From a bacterium (lineage in GTDB: Bacteria > SAR324 > JACQKK01), in assembly GCA_035266845.1 (NCBI GenBank), contig DATFMP010000103.1:42891-106890 (forward strand): DNA of 64,000 bases. Reading direction: 5' to 3'. Position 1 is the first letter of the stretch; every line of letters begins with the position of its first letter. The notes beneath the pieces were generated by a model, which was not told the DNA's origin, made no database searches, and saw only the letters and a list, made by a program, of their open reading frames with translations. Of this stretch, positions 39,390-49,108 are shown piece after piece. The translations under genes were made by a program, and so were the position numbers.

Positions 39390-42223
39390 TGTTTCAGATA
39401 CTTCTGGAAGCTCAGCTTGGCGTTGAGGTCGCGTTGGTTTTCGCGGGCCAGGGATGCCCACAGCTCCCCCGGCTTGCTCTTGGACAGATCCACCAGGGCA
39501 TTGAACTCGTCCAGCGCCTTCCGGTCCTCGCCCGTGCGCCGATAGATGAGGCCCATCTGGTAGCGGGCCCAGGGTGCGCGCTCGTGGTCAGGATACAGCC
39601 CAATCGCATGCTGGTACGCATTGAGCGCGTCGCGGTCCTGTCCCAGCTCGTACAGCATGTCCCCGATGCGGAACTGGGAGAGCACCACGAAGTCCGGCAC
39701 ATTGGGCCCCTGGATGGGGTGGTGGAAATTCGCCACCGCCGCCTGATAGGCGTCCAGCGCCTCCTTGTTGCGGCCCAGCTCCTTGTAGACATTCCCCAGG
39801 TCGAAGTAGACCTCCGCGATGGCCGCTCCCAGCATGGGGTCCTGCGTGCGCTCAAACTCCTGCGTCAGGATGCGGTAGGCGTTCACCGCATCCTGGTAGC
39901 GGCGGCCTGCCACGTACATCTTGCCCAGCAGCATGCGCGCATCCACCGAGTACGGATCGGCCTTGTGATCCTGGATGAACTTGAGCAGCAGCTCCTCGGT
40001 CTTGCCCAGGTCGTCCCGCTCGTAGTAGGAGCGCGCCTTCTCGTAATCCACCAGCGAGGCCAGCGAGCCGGGCTTGTCGCGCAGCACTTCATCGTACATG
40101 CCCGCCGCCTCATCATAGAGGCCCAGCCGCTGGTAAGCCTGGCCCACCTGAAACAGGGTGTACGGAAACGGGAAGTCCCGGAAGTAGCTGTCCCGGTACT
40201 TGGTGTAGAGCTTGGCGACATCCCAGTACTTCGCGGCGATGAACTCCCGGTCCGTCAGGGACTTCAGGTTGTCTTCGATGTTGGCCTGGATGATGTTCTT
40301 CCGGTTGTACGGGCCCTTGGGATAGTCCGTGGCGAGCTTCTCGAAGCCATCGATGGCGGCCTGGAACTGGCCGTGCAGCGAGTTGGTGAGCGCCTTGCGC
40401 AGCAAGGCCTCCTGCGCCACCTGGCTGCCCTGGCCGTCCGCCGCCACCTCGTCGTAGAGCGCGAGGGCCTGCTTGTAGTCGTCCCCGACGGGACGGCTGC
40501 CCAGCACGTCCGCGATGCGCATCTTGCCGCGCTGCCGGATTTCCGGAGGCGCGTTTTCGATCACTTGGCGATAGACCTTCAGCGCTTCCTCCTCCTTGCC
40601 TTCCTCACGCAGGAAGTCGCCCAGACGCAGCCCGACCAGCTTGGTGTAGCTCTTTTCCGGGTAGTGGTCCACCAGCTTGCGGTAGATCACCCGCGCCACA
40701 TCGAACTCAGCGTTCTCGTAATACGCCTCGCCCATGTGGAACAGCAGCAGTGGCCGGTCGTCCGCATAGGTGGGCGTGAGGCGGCGCCCCTTGTCGAACT
40801 CCGCCTTGGCGTCCACGTAGCGCTTCAGATTGAAGAACGCATCGCCCAGGTTGTAGTGCGCGGGTCCCGTCAGGTCCGGATCGCCGTCGCGCACCAGGAA
40901 CTCGTTGAAGCTCTTGACGGCCTCGGGATACTTCTGCAGCTCCAGGTCGTTGCGTCCCTCGTAGTAGTACGAGTCCGGCGTATACGGGTACGTGCTCGGG
41001 AAGCGCTCCTGCAGAATCTCGTAGTGGACGTTGGACTCGTTGTGGAAGCCCATGCGCTCGTAGGCGCGCCCAATCTGGAACAGGGCCCGCGGGATCAGCT
41101 GGGTGTCGTAGCCGATCTTCTCGGCCGAGCGGATCGCCGACTGGTAGTTCACGATCACGTCGTGGAAGTTGTCGCCCTTGCCGGCCACCACCTGCTCGTA
41201 TTCGGAGTCCGCCGCCCGGAAGAACGCGCGCACACCCAGCAGGCTGTTCGGCGCGGAATCGAACACACGCAGGAAGAGCTGGTCGGCCCGCCGGTAGTGG
41301 CCTGCGCGATACTCCCGCTCCGCCAGCTCATAGTTGGCCGTGACCAGCGGGTTCTTCTCCTGCTGTAGCAGTGTCTCCAGGGGGATCTCGTGGGCCGCCG
41401 GCGGCCGCGCACGCGGCTGGCCAGGGCCCGGCGCTTGGGCACCTGCCACGGCCTCGCCGGGTGGCCGGAAATCCAGCACCACCCGCGGCGGCGCGGGCAG
41501 CACGAGCGACTTCGTCTCCAGGTCGGACTGCTTGATCTGCACGCGCAGGATGGTGTCCGGCCCGTCGCGCTCCACGCTCTGCACGGCGACGCGCTCGTCC
41601 TGCGCGTTCACCGGCAGGGCCAGCGTCGGCGTCACCGCCTTGAGCCGCACCAGGTACGTGTCGCCCTCCCGGCGCTGCTCGATCTGCGGCCGCCCGGAAA
41701 GCTCCAGCACCAACCGCGAGCCGTCGCGGTAGGGGGCCAGCCGCACGCCGGTGAGCACGATGCCCTGGGGTACCTCGGCGCGCTCCAGTGCCAGCACCAT
41801 GTGGTCGGCAGGGCCCTTGCCCTCCACGTTGTAGGCCAGGGCTCCGGAGCGCAGGCGCAGCTTGGCCCAGGTGTCGGTCTTGTCCACCTGCTCAAAGGAA
41901 ATGCCGACCAGATAGGGGTCGTTGAACGCGATCTCGTGGCGCCCGTTGGCCAGCGCCACCTTGGCGTTGGTGAACTTCACCACGATGACCTGCCGCGGGA
42001 CGTTGCCCACCACCTGGAACGTGGTGGGACTGGAGAGCAGGAACCGCACGTTGAGCCGCTCGCCGTCCCGGCGCAACTGGACGCCCCGGATTTCCGCCGG
42101 GTCGCTGCCCTGCCCGTGCGCAAGCCCCCCCAGCAGCACCAGCGCGGCCAGCAGCAGCCCCGCCTGCCGGCATGCACCGCGCAGCGGATGCAGATGCGCC
42201 CGTTTGCCTTGCGTATCGTCCAT
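39386..42223 (-). CDS. large periplasmic TPR-repeat protein with N-terminal beta-rich (AMIN-like) modules
   Basis: ATG at 42223 followed by a signal-like LLLAALVLLGGLAHG. Many TPR-type A-x-x-x-Y/F-x-x-A-x-x-x-x-P repeats through the C-terminal 600 aa. Confidence 0.7.
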   Translation of the reverse strand: MDDTQGKRAHLHPLRGACRQAGLLLAALVLLGGLAHGQGSDPAEIRGVQLRRDGERLNVRFLLSSPTTFQVVGNVPRQVIVVKFTNAKVALANGRHEIAFNDPYLVGISFEQVDKTDTWAKLRLRSGALAYNVEGKGPADHMVLALERAEVPQGIVLTGVRLAPYRDGSRLVLELSGRPQIEQRREGDTYLVRLKAVTPTLALPVNAQDERVAVQSVERDGPDTILRVQIKQSDLETKSLVLPAPPRVVLDFRPPGEAVAGAQAPGPGQPRARPPAAHEIPLETLLQQEKNPLVTANYELAEREYRAGHYRRADQLFLRVFDSAPNSLLGVRAFFRAADSEYEQVVAGKGDNFHDVIVNYQSAIRSAEKIGYDTQLIPRALFQIGRAYERMGFHNESNVHYEILQERFPSTYPYTPDSYYYEGRNDLELQKYPEAVKSFNEFLVRDGDPDLTGPAHYNLGDAFFNLKRYVDAKAEFDKGRRLTPTYADDRPLLLFHMGEAYYENAEFDVARVIYRKLVDHYPEKSYTKLVGLRLGDFLREEGKEEEALKVYRQVIENAPPEIRQRGKMRIADVLGSRPVGDDYKQALALYDEVAADGQGSQVAQEALLRKALTNSLHGQFQAAIDGFEKLATDYPKGPYNRKNIIQANIEDNLKSLTDREFIAAKYWDVAKLYTKYRDSYFRDFPFPYTLFQVGQAYQRLGLYDEAAGMYDEVLRDKPGSLASLVDYEKARSYYERDDLGKTEELLLKFIQDHKADPYSVDARMLLGKMYVAGRRYQDAVNAYRILTQEFERTQDPMLGAAIAEVYFDLGNVYKELGRNKEALDAYQAAVANFHHPIQGPNVPDFVVLSQFRIGDMLYELGQDRDALNAYQHAIGLYPDHERAPWARYQMGLIYRRTGEDRKALDEFNALVDLSKSKPGELWASLARENQRDLNAKLSFQKYLKQ

Positions 42224-42345
42224 GGTCCCTTGCGGGTACTCAGCCGGCCTCTTCCTGAAGCCGGGTCGCCCTCCGCGCGTGGGGGCGGTGTTTGCCGATG
42301 CGCTCCGGCGGCAGGCTCGCACGCCGGGCAGGCCGGGGCCGCCGG

Positions 42346-42825
42346 TCAGGCGCTGGCCGGCCCCTCGGTCTTGACGCGCTCGGCCGCGCGGCCATCCTCC
42401 TGGGCCGGCACGGATTGAGACGCGCGCCGCGACGGCGGGGTGCGGCTGCCGCCGGCATCCCCATTGGCCATGTGGCAATAGCCGTGAAACTCGGCTCCGC
42501 CCTCGATCATCAGGTCGGCCGTAAACACGTCGCCCCGCAGCAGTCCGGAACGGAATATCTCGACACGTTCGCTGGCATGCACGTTGCCCTCCACCCGGCC
42601 ACTGATGAGCACGGAGTCCGACACGATATCCCCCGTCACCGTGGCCTGCTGGTTGATGATGAGCACCGAGCCACTGCCCGGCTCGGCGGCGATGTTGCCC
42701 ACCACCGTGCCGTCGATGCGCAGCGTGCCGCGGAAGCGGATCGCGCCCTCGAACTTGGTATCCGTGCCAAGCAGCCCGATGTCTTTTTCCGGCTGCGGCG
42801 TTTCAGTCCTGCCTCGTCCAAACAA
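42346..42825 (-). CDS. bactofilin (polymer-forming cytoskeletal protein)
   Basis: Beta-helix repeats: KFEGAIRFRGTLRIDGTVVGNI...VTGDIVSDSVLISGRVEGNVHASERVEIFRSGLLRGDVFTADLMIEGGAEFHG. Confidence 0.8.
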   Translation of the reverse strand: MFGRGRTETPQPEKDIGLLGTDTKFEGAIRFRGTLRIDGTVVGNIAAEPGSGSVLIINQQATVTGDIVSDSVLISGRVEGNVHASERVEIFRSGLLRGDVFTADLMIEGGAEFHGYCHMANGDAGGSRTPPSRRASQSVPAQEDGRAAERVKTEGPASA

Positions 42826-42833
42826 TCGGCAAC

Positions 42834-43610
42834 CTATAGGCTCGTGACTTGCTGGGTGTGCACCGTCGGATGGTCCTTGAAGAACAGGTCGCGCTCCAGC
42901 TCGAAGCGCTCGCGCAGCAGCAGCCCCCCACGTGGGGAAAACAGGTACAGCGTCACGTGGGTGAAGTACTCCTCATCGGACTGCCGCCGCACCTTGCGCC
43001 GGAACGTGACCGCATCGCGGATGCGCGTGAAGCGGATCCCCAGCTTGTAGGTTTCGGGAAAGCCATCCGTGTTCGTGTTCACGCTGGGCGAGGTCACGAA
43101 CTGGATGGGATTCTTGTCATCGTTCTCAAAGATCGCGAAAAGATAGCCCCCGCGGTTGTTCGAGGGGTCGCCCTGGTTCTGCAGCCGGAAGCTCACTTCG
43201 ATCGTGCGCCCGCTGACCCGAGTGGTGAACGCCGTCACGCGAATCGGCGGCTGGTACAACGCATCGCCGAAGTGCAGCGTGTAGTCCTCGCGCACCTGCG
43301 TGGGCCGGGCGCTCTTGTTGCTGGCCCGCGCCAGAAAGGCATGCTCCTTGGCCTCGAAGGCCTCCTGATTGGCCGAGAGAATCTGCTCGCGCAGGGCGTT
43401 GCGCTCCTGGCGCAGCTTTTCGGTCTCGTGCTCCATCTCCTGCACGCGCTGGAAGCTGAACACATACAGCACGCTCAGCACGGCCAGCACCACCACCAGC
43501 AGGCCCACCAGCACGCCGCCCACATAGACCCGCCACACGGGCACGTTCCAGGACAGCGGGCGCCCGTAGTTCTTGGAAATGATGAAGGTGATGGTATCCT
43601 GCACCCGCAT
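42834..43610 (-). CDS. bitopic membrane protein: cytoplasmic N-tail, TM, coiled coil, unknown C-terminal domain
   Basis: TFIISKNYGRPLSWNVPVWRVYVGGVLVGLLVVVLAVL, then ETEKLRQERNALREQI. Stop lies 8 nt before the bactofilin start. Confidence 0.55.
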   Translation of the reverse strand: MRVQDTITFIISKNYGRPLSWNVPVWRVYVGGVLVGLLVVVLAVLSVLYVFSFQRVQEMEHETEKLRQERNALREQILSANQEAFEAKEHAFLARASNKSARPTQVREDYTLHFGDALYQPPIRVTAFTTRVSGRTIEVSFRLQNQGDPSNNRGGYLFAIFENDDKNPIQFVTSPSVNTNTDGFPETYKLGIRFTRIRDAVTFRRKVRRQSDEEYFTHVTLYLFSPRGGLLLRERFELERDLFFKDHPTVHTQQVTSL

Positions 43611-43762
43611 GCGGTTTCCTTGCCCGTGCTAGCGACGCGGTGCTACAGAAAGCGGGAAGCAGCCGATGACCGGCCATCCCTGGCGGAAGGGGGAGAGCGG
43701 CTTCAAGAAGGTCACTCCCGGCGGATATCCGTACCCGTGACTTTCGAATCCAAAGCAAATGA

Positions 43763-43791
43763 TTTATAAAAGATTTTCGTTCTCAAGGCAA
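43763..43791 (-). promoter_or_regulatory. sigma-70-like promoter TTGCCT-N17-TATAAA for the bactofilin-module operon
   Basis: Reverse complement reads TTGCCTTGAGAACGAAAATCTTTTATAAA, in the only AT-rich patch of the divergent intergenic region. Confidence 0.3.
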
Positions 43792-43902
43792 CGGTTTCCG
43801 CCGCCGGGCACCCAGGGGGTTCCGGGGAGCGCCGCCCGCTGCGGCGCGGCCGGGGCCTAACTGCGCGCCGCCTGTCGCGGAGCCCATCCAACCGAAGGAG
43901 CC

Positions 43903-44634
43903 ATGCGCTTCGGCATCCTCAAGGCCGGGACGGCCACCCGCCGCACCCGCGAACGCGTGGGCGACATGGATGCCCAGTTCATGGCGCTGCTGGCCCAACC
44001 GGGGCAGCAGTGGGAGACCTTCGACGCGGAGCACGGGGAAGTCCCAGCCGATCCGGGAGCCTTCGATGCGCTGCTCATCACGGGCAGCGCCGCCTCCGTC
44101 TGCGACGCCGACCCCTGGATCGAACGCCTGCTGGAGACGATCCGCACCGCCTACGCGCAGCAGGTGCCCTTGCTGGGCATCTGCTTCGGCCTGCAGGCCG
44201 TGGCGCAGGCCCTTGGCGGCAAGGTCGCGCCCAACCCCCAGGGCTGGGACCTGGGCGTTGCGGCCCTGGAGCTGACCGAGGCCGGCCGCCGCGTGCCTAC
44301 GCTGGCGGGAGCTGCGCAGCCGCTGCAGATTCTGGAATCGCACTCGGATATCGCCGTTGCGCTGCCCCCCGGGGCCGTGGTGCTGGCCGCCAGCCCACGC
44401 ACCCCGGTAGAGATCTTCACCCTGGGCGAGCGCGTGCTGTGCCTGCAGGGGCACCCGGAGATGGACCGCGAGATGGTGCGTGAACTGCTGGAGAAGCGCT
44501 CGCAGAAGGGTTTGCTCGATCCGCAGCGCGCAGCCGAAGGGGAGGCATCGCTGCGCCTGACACCGCACACCGCGTTCCTGCAGGGCTGGCTGCGTGCGTT
44601 CCTACGGGACGGGCGCATGCCGACAGCCGCCTGA
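43903..44634 (+). CDS. class I glutamine amidotransferase-like protein
   Basis: LLGICFGLQAVAQALGG (nucleophile elbow Cys) and LQGHPE (His/Glu). Confidence 0.8.
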   Translation: MRFGILKAGTATRRTRERVGDMDAQFMALLAQPGQQWETFDAEHGEVPADPGAFDALLITGSAASVCDADPWIERLLETIRTAYAQQVPLLGICFGLQAVAQALGGKVAPNPQGWDLGVAALELTEAGRRVPTLAGAAQPLQILESHSDIAVALPPGAVVLAASPRTPVEIFTLGERVLCLQGHPEMDREMVRELLEKRSQKGLLDPQRAAEGEASLRLTPHTAFLQGWLRAFLRDGRMPTAA

Positions 44635-44856
44635 CCACAGTCCCCGGGGGACTTGCCGCGGGGGGACCGAGGCCGTCGCGCTTCAACACCGGAACACTCC
44701 ATGGGGGTTCCGCTGCAGCCGTGCGGGTCTGGACACCCGGGTGCATGGCGGGGCGGCATGTGCCGCAGCAGCCACTGGCTACCCAAGGCTGGCCCGTGCT
44801 ATGAGCGCCTTGCAACGAAATACGTCGTGCTCACCTGCAATTAACGCTGTCCGCCG

Positions 44857-46911
44857 ATGAAGACACTGCTGTACCGGTCGCGCACGGTGCTGGAGCGATT
44901 CCAGTCGCACGAGTACGTCTTCAGCTTGGCGGTGGCCATGGTGGTGGGGGTTCTCACCGGGCTGGCAGCGGTGGTGCTGCGCTACCTGATCGTGAGCATC
45001 CAGTGGGCGAGTGCCTTTCTGCCCGAATGGAGCCTGACGGCGCTGGGCGTGGCCGCGGTGGGCATCGTGGCGGCACCCATCGTGGGCGGGCTGGTGGTGG
45101 GGCCCATCATCACTTTTCTCGCCCCGGAGGCCAAAGGCCACGGCGTGCCGGAGGTGATGTCCGCGGTGATCCTCAAGGGCGGCTTCATCCGTCCCCGCGT
45201 GGCGGCGGTGAAGGCGGTGGCTTCCGCCATCACCATCGGCTCCGGCGGCTCCGTGGGGCGGGAGGGCCCGATCATTCAGATCGGCTCCTCGGTGGGCGCC
45301 ACGCTGGGCTACGTGCTGCATACGCCACCACGCCTGATGCGCACCTACGTGGCTTGCGGGGCGGCGGGGGGCATCGCCGCGGCCTTCAACGCGCCCATCG
45401 CCGGCGCCCTGTTCGCCGTGGAGGTGATCCTGGGCGACTTCGGCTTCGTGCGCCTGGCGCCCATCGTCACGAGCTCCGTGATGGCCACGGTGGTGGCGCG
45501 CAGCATCCTGGGCGATCTGCTGGCCTTCCAGGTGCCGCACCTGAGCCTGATGCACCCCGTCGAGCTGAGCTTCTACGTGGGGGTGGGTCTGGCCTGCGGG
45601 CTGGCTGCGGTGGCCTTCATCTACGCGCTGGACTACCTGGAGGACGTGTTCGACAAGCATATGCCCCGCGTCCCCAACTGGGTGAAGCCGGGCATCGGCG
45701 GCATCGGGGTGGGCCTGATGGGCCTCATGCTGCCGCAGACCTTCGGGCTGGGCTATTCCACCATGGACGGCGCGCTGCACAGCCAGCTGGCCGTGGGGCT
45801 GCTGGTGCTGCTGGTGTTCGGCAAGCTCTTCGCCACCTCCATCACCCTGGCCTCCGGCGGCTCCGGGGGCATCTTCGCGCCCTCGCTGTTCATGGGTTCC
45901 ATGGTGGGCGGCACGGTGGGCTGGGTTGCCAACCAGTTCCTGCCGGAGCTAACCGCTCCCAGCGGCGCCTATGCGCTGGTGGGCATGGGCGCCATGGTGG
46001 GCGCCGCCACGCATGCGCCGATCACGGCCATCGTGATCATCTTCGAGATGACGAACGACTACAAGATCATCCTGCCGCTGATGATCAGCGTAATCATCGC
46101 CGTGCTGACCGCCAGCGCGCTGTGCCGGGAGTCTATCTACACCGAGAAGCTGCGGCGCCTGGGCATTGACTACGACACGGGCCCGGAAGTCAACGTCCTG
46201 CGGCGCAGCACCGTGCGCGACATCATGCGGGAACAGTTCGATCAGGTGCCGCAGGATCTGCCGTTTAACTTCCTCTACGACCAGCTGCTGCAGACCGCCC
46301 GGGCCTATCTGCCCGTGGTGGACGAAGGGGGCTCGCTGCTGGGCCTGGTCTCCCGCGACGTGGCGCACAGCTTCGGGCGCGACCGCTCGGACCTCACGGA
46401 CGTCGTCGTGGCCCGCGACCTGGCGGACAGCGAATACCCGTTCCTGATGCCTTCGGATCGGCTGGACCAGGCCATGCAGCGCTTCAACGAGTCCGACATG
46501 CGCGAGCTGTACGTGGTGGAGGACATGGTGGACCGCCGCGTGGTGGGCATGGTGCACAAGGGCGACCTGATGGACGTCTACCACCGGGAAATGGTCAAGC
46601 GGGCCACGGGCGATGTGTTCGCGTACACGCTCAACCGGCCGCACGGCGTGGAGACCGTCAAGGTGATGGACGGCTACGGCATCATCGAGGTCGAGTCGCC
46701 CCACAATTTTACCGGAAAGGTGCTGCGCGAGCTGGACCTGCGCAATCGCTTCGGCGTCAACGTGCTGGCCGTGAAGCGCCGCACGCCCGGCGCGGACAAC
46801 GGCGGCACCCGCGTGTGGGTGCCGGAAAGCTCGGATCGCCTGCAGGATGGCGACGTGCTCGTGCTGATGGGCCGCACGGAAGACATCGACGGCCTGCAGC
46901 GGCGCTGGTAA
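44857..46911 (+). CDS. ClC chloride channel/antiporter with C-terminal CBS pair and TrkA-C domain
   Basis: GSGGSVGREGP, GIFAPSLF(M)G, then CBS-type repeats and a TrkA-C-like end (VLAVKRR...LQDGDVLVLMG). Confidence 0.9.
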   Translation: MKTLLYRSRTVLERFQSHEYVFSLAVAMVVGVLTGLAAVVLRYLIVSIQWASAFLPEWSLTALGVAAVGIVAAPIVGGLVVGPIITFLAPEAKGHGVPEVMSAVILKGGFIRPRVAAVKAVASAITIGSGGSVGREGPIIQIGSSVGATLGYVLHTPPRLMRTYVACGAAGGIAAAFNAPIAGALFAVEVILGDFGFVRLAPIVTSSVMATVVARSILGDLLAFQVPHLSLMHPVELSFYVGVGLACGLAAVAFIYALDYLEDVFDKHMPRVPNWVKPGIGGIGVGLMGLMLPQTFGLGYSTMDGALHSQLAVGLLVLLVFGKLFATSITLASGGSGGIFAPSLFMGSMVGGTVGWVANQFLPELTAPSGAYALVGMGAMVGAATHAPITAIVIIFEMTNDYKIILPLMISVIIAVLTASALCRESIYTEKLRRLGIDYDTGPEVNVLRRSTVRDIMREQFDQVPQDLPFNFLYDQLLQTARAYLPVVDEGGSLLGLVSRDVAHSFGRDRSDLTDVVVARDLADSEYPFLMPSDRLDQAMQRFNESDMRELYVVEDMVDRRVVGMVHKGDLMDVYHREMVKRATGDVFAYTLNRPHGVETVKVMDGYGIIEVESPHNFTGKVLRELDLRNRFGVNVLAVKRRTPGADNGGTRVWVPESSDRLQDGDVLVLMGRTEDIDGLQRRW

Positions 46912-46932
46912 CTACCCCCCTCCCACTCACCC

Positions 46933-47790
46933 ATGAGCATGAATCCGACCCCGCCCCAAAGCCACATCGTGGAAGCCAACGGCCTGCGCCTGCACCACCT
47001 GGATTGGGGCACGGCCGACAAGCATCCCATCGTGATGCTCCACGGCATCCGCCTGCACGCCTATGTGTGGGGCGATTTCTGCCGGCGCTTCCGCGCGTCG
47101 CACCACGTGCTGACGCTGGACCAGCGCGGGCACGGCGACAGCACCTGGGCGCCGGGCACGCACTATCACCTGCACGACTATTACGAGGACCTGCACGCCG
47201 TGATGGAGGCGCGCGGTCTGGAGCAGGTAACGCTGATCGGTCACTCGCTGGGCGCCCGCGTGTGCCTCCTCTACAGTTACCTGCACCCGGAGCGCGTGCG
47301 CCGCTTGGTGCTGGTGGATATGGGTGCCGGGCTGCCTCACATCGGCCCGCGGGACTTCTCCCGCATCACCGAGACGCCCCCGCCGCAGGACTTCGCCTCG
47401 CATGCGGAGGCCATCGAGTACCTGCGCGGCATCCTCAGCATCGGGCCGCGGGAGCTGATTGAGGAGAGCGTCGTGCACGGCATGCGCGAGTTGCCCAGCG
47501 GGCGCTTCACCTGGAAGTACGATCCCGTGCTGGGTGGCCCGCCCCAGCCGCGGCCCGACGCGCGTGAATGGGACCTGTGGGAGGCCGCGCGCGCCATTGA
47601 CTGCCCCACGCTGCTGCTCCATGGTGAATACAGCAAGGTCGTCACGCCGGACATCATCTCCCGCATGCAGGTGGAGATGGCGGACCTCCGCACCGAATTG
47701 GTCGAGCGCGCCGGTCACGCCCTGTTCACCGACCAGCCGCAGGTTTTTGCGGAAAGCGTGACACGCTTCCTGCAAGAGACGGCCGACTGA
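46933..47790 (+). CDS. alpha/beta hydrolase
   Basis: MLHGIRLHA, nucleophile elbow GHSLGA, C-terminal AGHALF. Confidence 0.8.
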   Translation: MSMNPTPPQSHIVEANGLRLHHLDWGTADKHPIVMLHGIRLHAYVWGDFCRRFRASHHVLTLDQRGHGDSTWAPGTHYHLHDYYEDLHAVMEARGLEQVTLIGHSLGARVCLLYSYLHPERVRRLVLVDMGAGLPHIGPRDFSRITETPPPQDFASHAEAIEYLRGILSIGPRELIEESVVHGMRELPSGRFTWKYDPVLGGPPQPRPDAREWDLWEAARAIDCPTLLLHGEYSKVVTPDIISRMQVEMADLRTELVERAGHALFTDQPQVFAESVTRFLQETAD

Positions 47791-47851
47791 GTCATCCGGC
47801 AAGGCCTCCGGCCCGACCAAACGCCCCAACCCATCGCCAGCCCCGCGCCTC

Positions 47852-48586
47852 ATGAAGCCAACGCTGAGGATCGTCCACGCGTCCGACGTCCATCTGGACA
47901 CGGACTACTATGGCGGCGAGGACAACCTCTCCCTGCGCGACTACAACCGGGGCGTGTTCTCGCAGCTCCTGCAACGGCTGCGGGCCGAGCAGCCCGACCT
48001 GATGCTGCTGCCGGGGGACCTCTTCGACTCCAACCGGGCATCCGAGGACACCATCACGTGGTCCATGGAGCAGCTGGGACGCCTGCCGTTCCCCGTGCTC
48101 ATGATCCCCGGCAACCACGACTGCCTGGAGGAGGGCGCCATCTACCACCGCTTTGACTTCGGCGCCATTCCCAACGTGGAGATCCTGCTGGCGCCGGAGG
48201 GGGCCCTGCACGAGCTGCCGGGTCTGCAGGCATCGGTGTGGGGCAAGGGCATGGAGGAGCACTCCACCGAGTTTCGGCCGCTGGATGGCCTGCCGGATGC
48301 CCAAGCCGACCGCTGGAACCTGGCCATGGGCCACGGCATCTATGTGGGCCGCGACGGGTTCAGCTTCCGCTCCTCGCCGGTGGAGGCCAAGCAGATCGCC
48401 CGCTCGGGCTATGACTACATCGCGCTGGGGCACCACCATGCGCTGCTGGACGTGAGCGCGAAGGACACCGCTGCCTACTACAGCGGCGCACCCGTGCCCA
48501 TCTCCCAGGATCGGCAGGGCACCTACCTCGTGATCGAGCTGCGCGACGGCGAGCCGGCCCAGGTGCACGTGCGGCACCTGGACTAG
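47852..48586 (+). CDS. metallophosphoesterase (SbcD/Mre11-like fold)
   Basis: IVHASDVHLD, LLPGDLFD, IPGNHD, GHGI and LGHHH motifs in order. Confidence 0.8.
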   Translation: MKPTLRIVHASDVHLDTDYYGGEDNLSLRDYNRGVFSQLLQRLRAEQPDLMLLPGDLFDSNRASEDTITWSMEQLGRLPFPVLMIPGNHDCLEEGAIYHRFDFGAIPNVEILLAPEGALHELPGLQASVWGKGMEEHSTEFRPLDGLPDAQADRWNLAMGHGIYVGRDGFSFRSSPVEAKQIARSGYDYIALGHHHALLDVSAKDTAAYYSGAPVPISQDRQGTYLVIELRDGEPAQVHVRHLD

Positions 48587-48604
48587 GCGCGCATCCCCGC
48601 TGCG

Positions 48605-49042
48605 TCAGTACATGTCGTGGGAGAGGTACAGGTCCCAATCCAGGTAGTAGGCCTTGTGGATGCCGTAGTCGAAGGCCCGGAAGATGAACGCCTCCCGGCT
48701 GTACGGCGCTCCGGCGGCCTTGACCTGCTCGAAGACGGAGCGAATGTCCTCCAGCAGCGGCGCGATGATCGCCGTGTGCTCCGCCAGATAGGGGGACAGG
48801 TTGCGGTCACCAAAGCCCACCACCAGACCCATCAACGCACAGTGGTAGTACTCGTCCAGCTCCGCGTCGCTGGGCGGCGGCAGGTGGCGCTCCAACTCGC
48901 GGAGCCACGCGTCGAAGTCGGAGTACACCTCCGTCTTGGCCTTGATGCGCTCGACGGCGCGCGTTTCGGGCGCTTCGACGACGGCAGGAGACTGCTGGTT
49001 ATGGAGAATCAGGGCCAGTAGCTGCTGCTTGTCTGGCTTCAA
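48605..49042 (-). CDS. hypothetical protein
   Basis: Coding-like composition. No motif recognised. Confidence 0.45.
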   Translation of the reverse strand: MKPDKQQLLALILHNQQSPAVVEAPETRAVERIKAKTEVYSDFDAWLRELERHLPPPSDAELDEYYHCALMGLVVGFGDRNLSPYLAEHTAIIAPLLEDIRSVFEQVKAAGAPYSREAFIFRAFDYGIHKAYYLDWDLYLSHDMY

Positions 49043-49108
49043 GGCGCGCCGTAAAGGCTGCGGAGGGGAGCGCCGCGGATGCGCCGCGGCGAGGGCGGAA
49101 GACCCTGG

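Noticed and set aside
36744-39545. 933-aa plus-strand ORF. Also 39389-41368 (659 aa), 31110-32966 (618 aa), 24175-26265 (696 aa), 12702-14384 (560 aa), 50792-52414 (540 aa), 8141-9397 (418 aa) and 60553-61956 (467 aa).
   Set aside because: All lie antisense or out of frame to genes with clear family motifs (NtrC/HK, TPR, PBP2, membrane protein, MBOAT, porin, lipoprotein, GrdC). Their low-complexity R/A/G/H/Q-rich translations mark them as GC-driven open frames, not genes.
44635-44856. Possible fluoride (crcB-motif) riboswitch upstream of the ClC gene.
   Set aside because: No GGAGAUGGCAUUCCUCC / CUGAUGAUGCCUAC-type elements are visible. The channel carries CBS and TrkA-C domains typical of chloride ClC rather than ClC-F.
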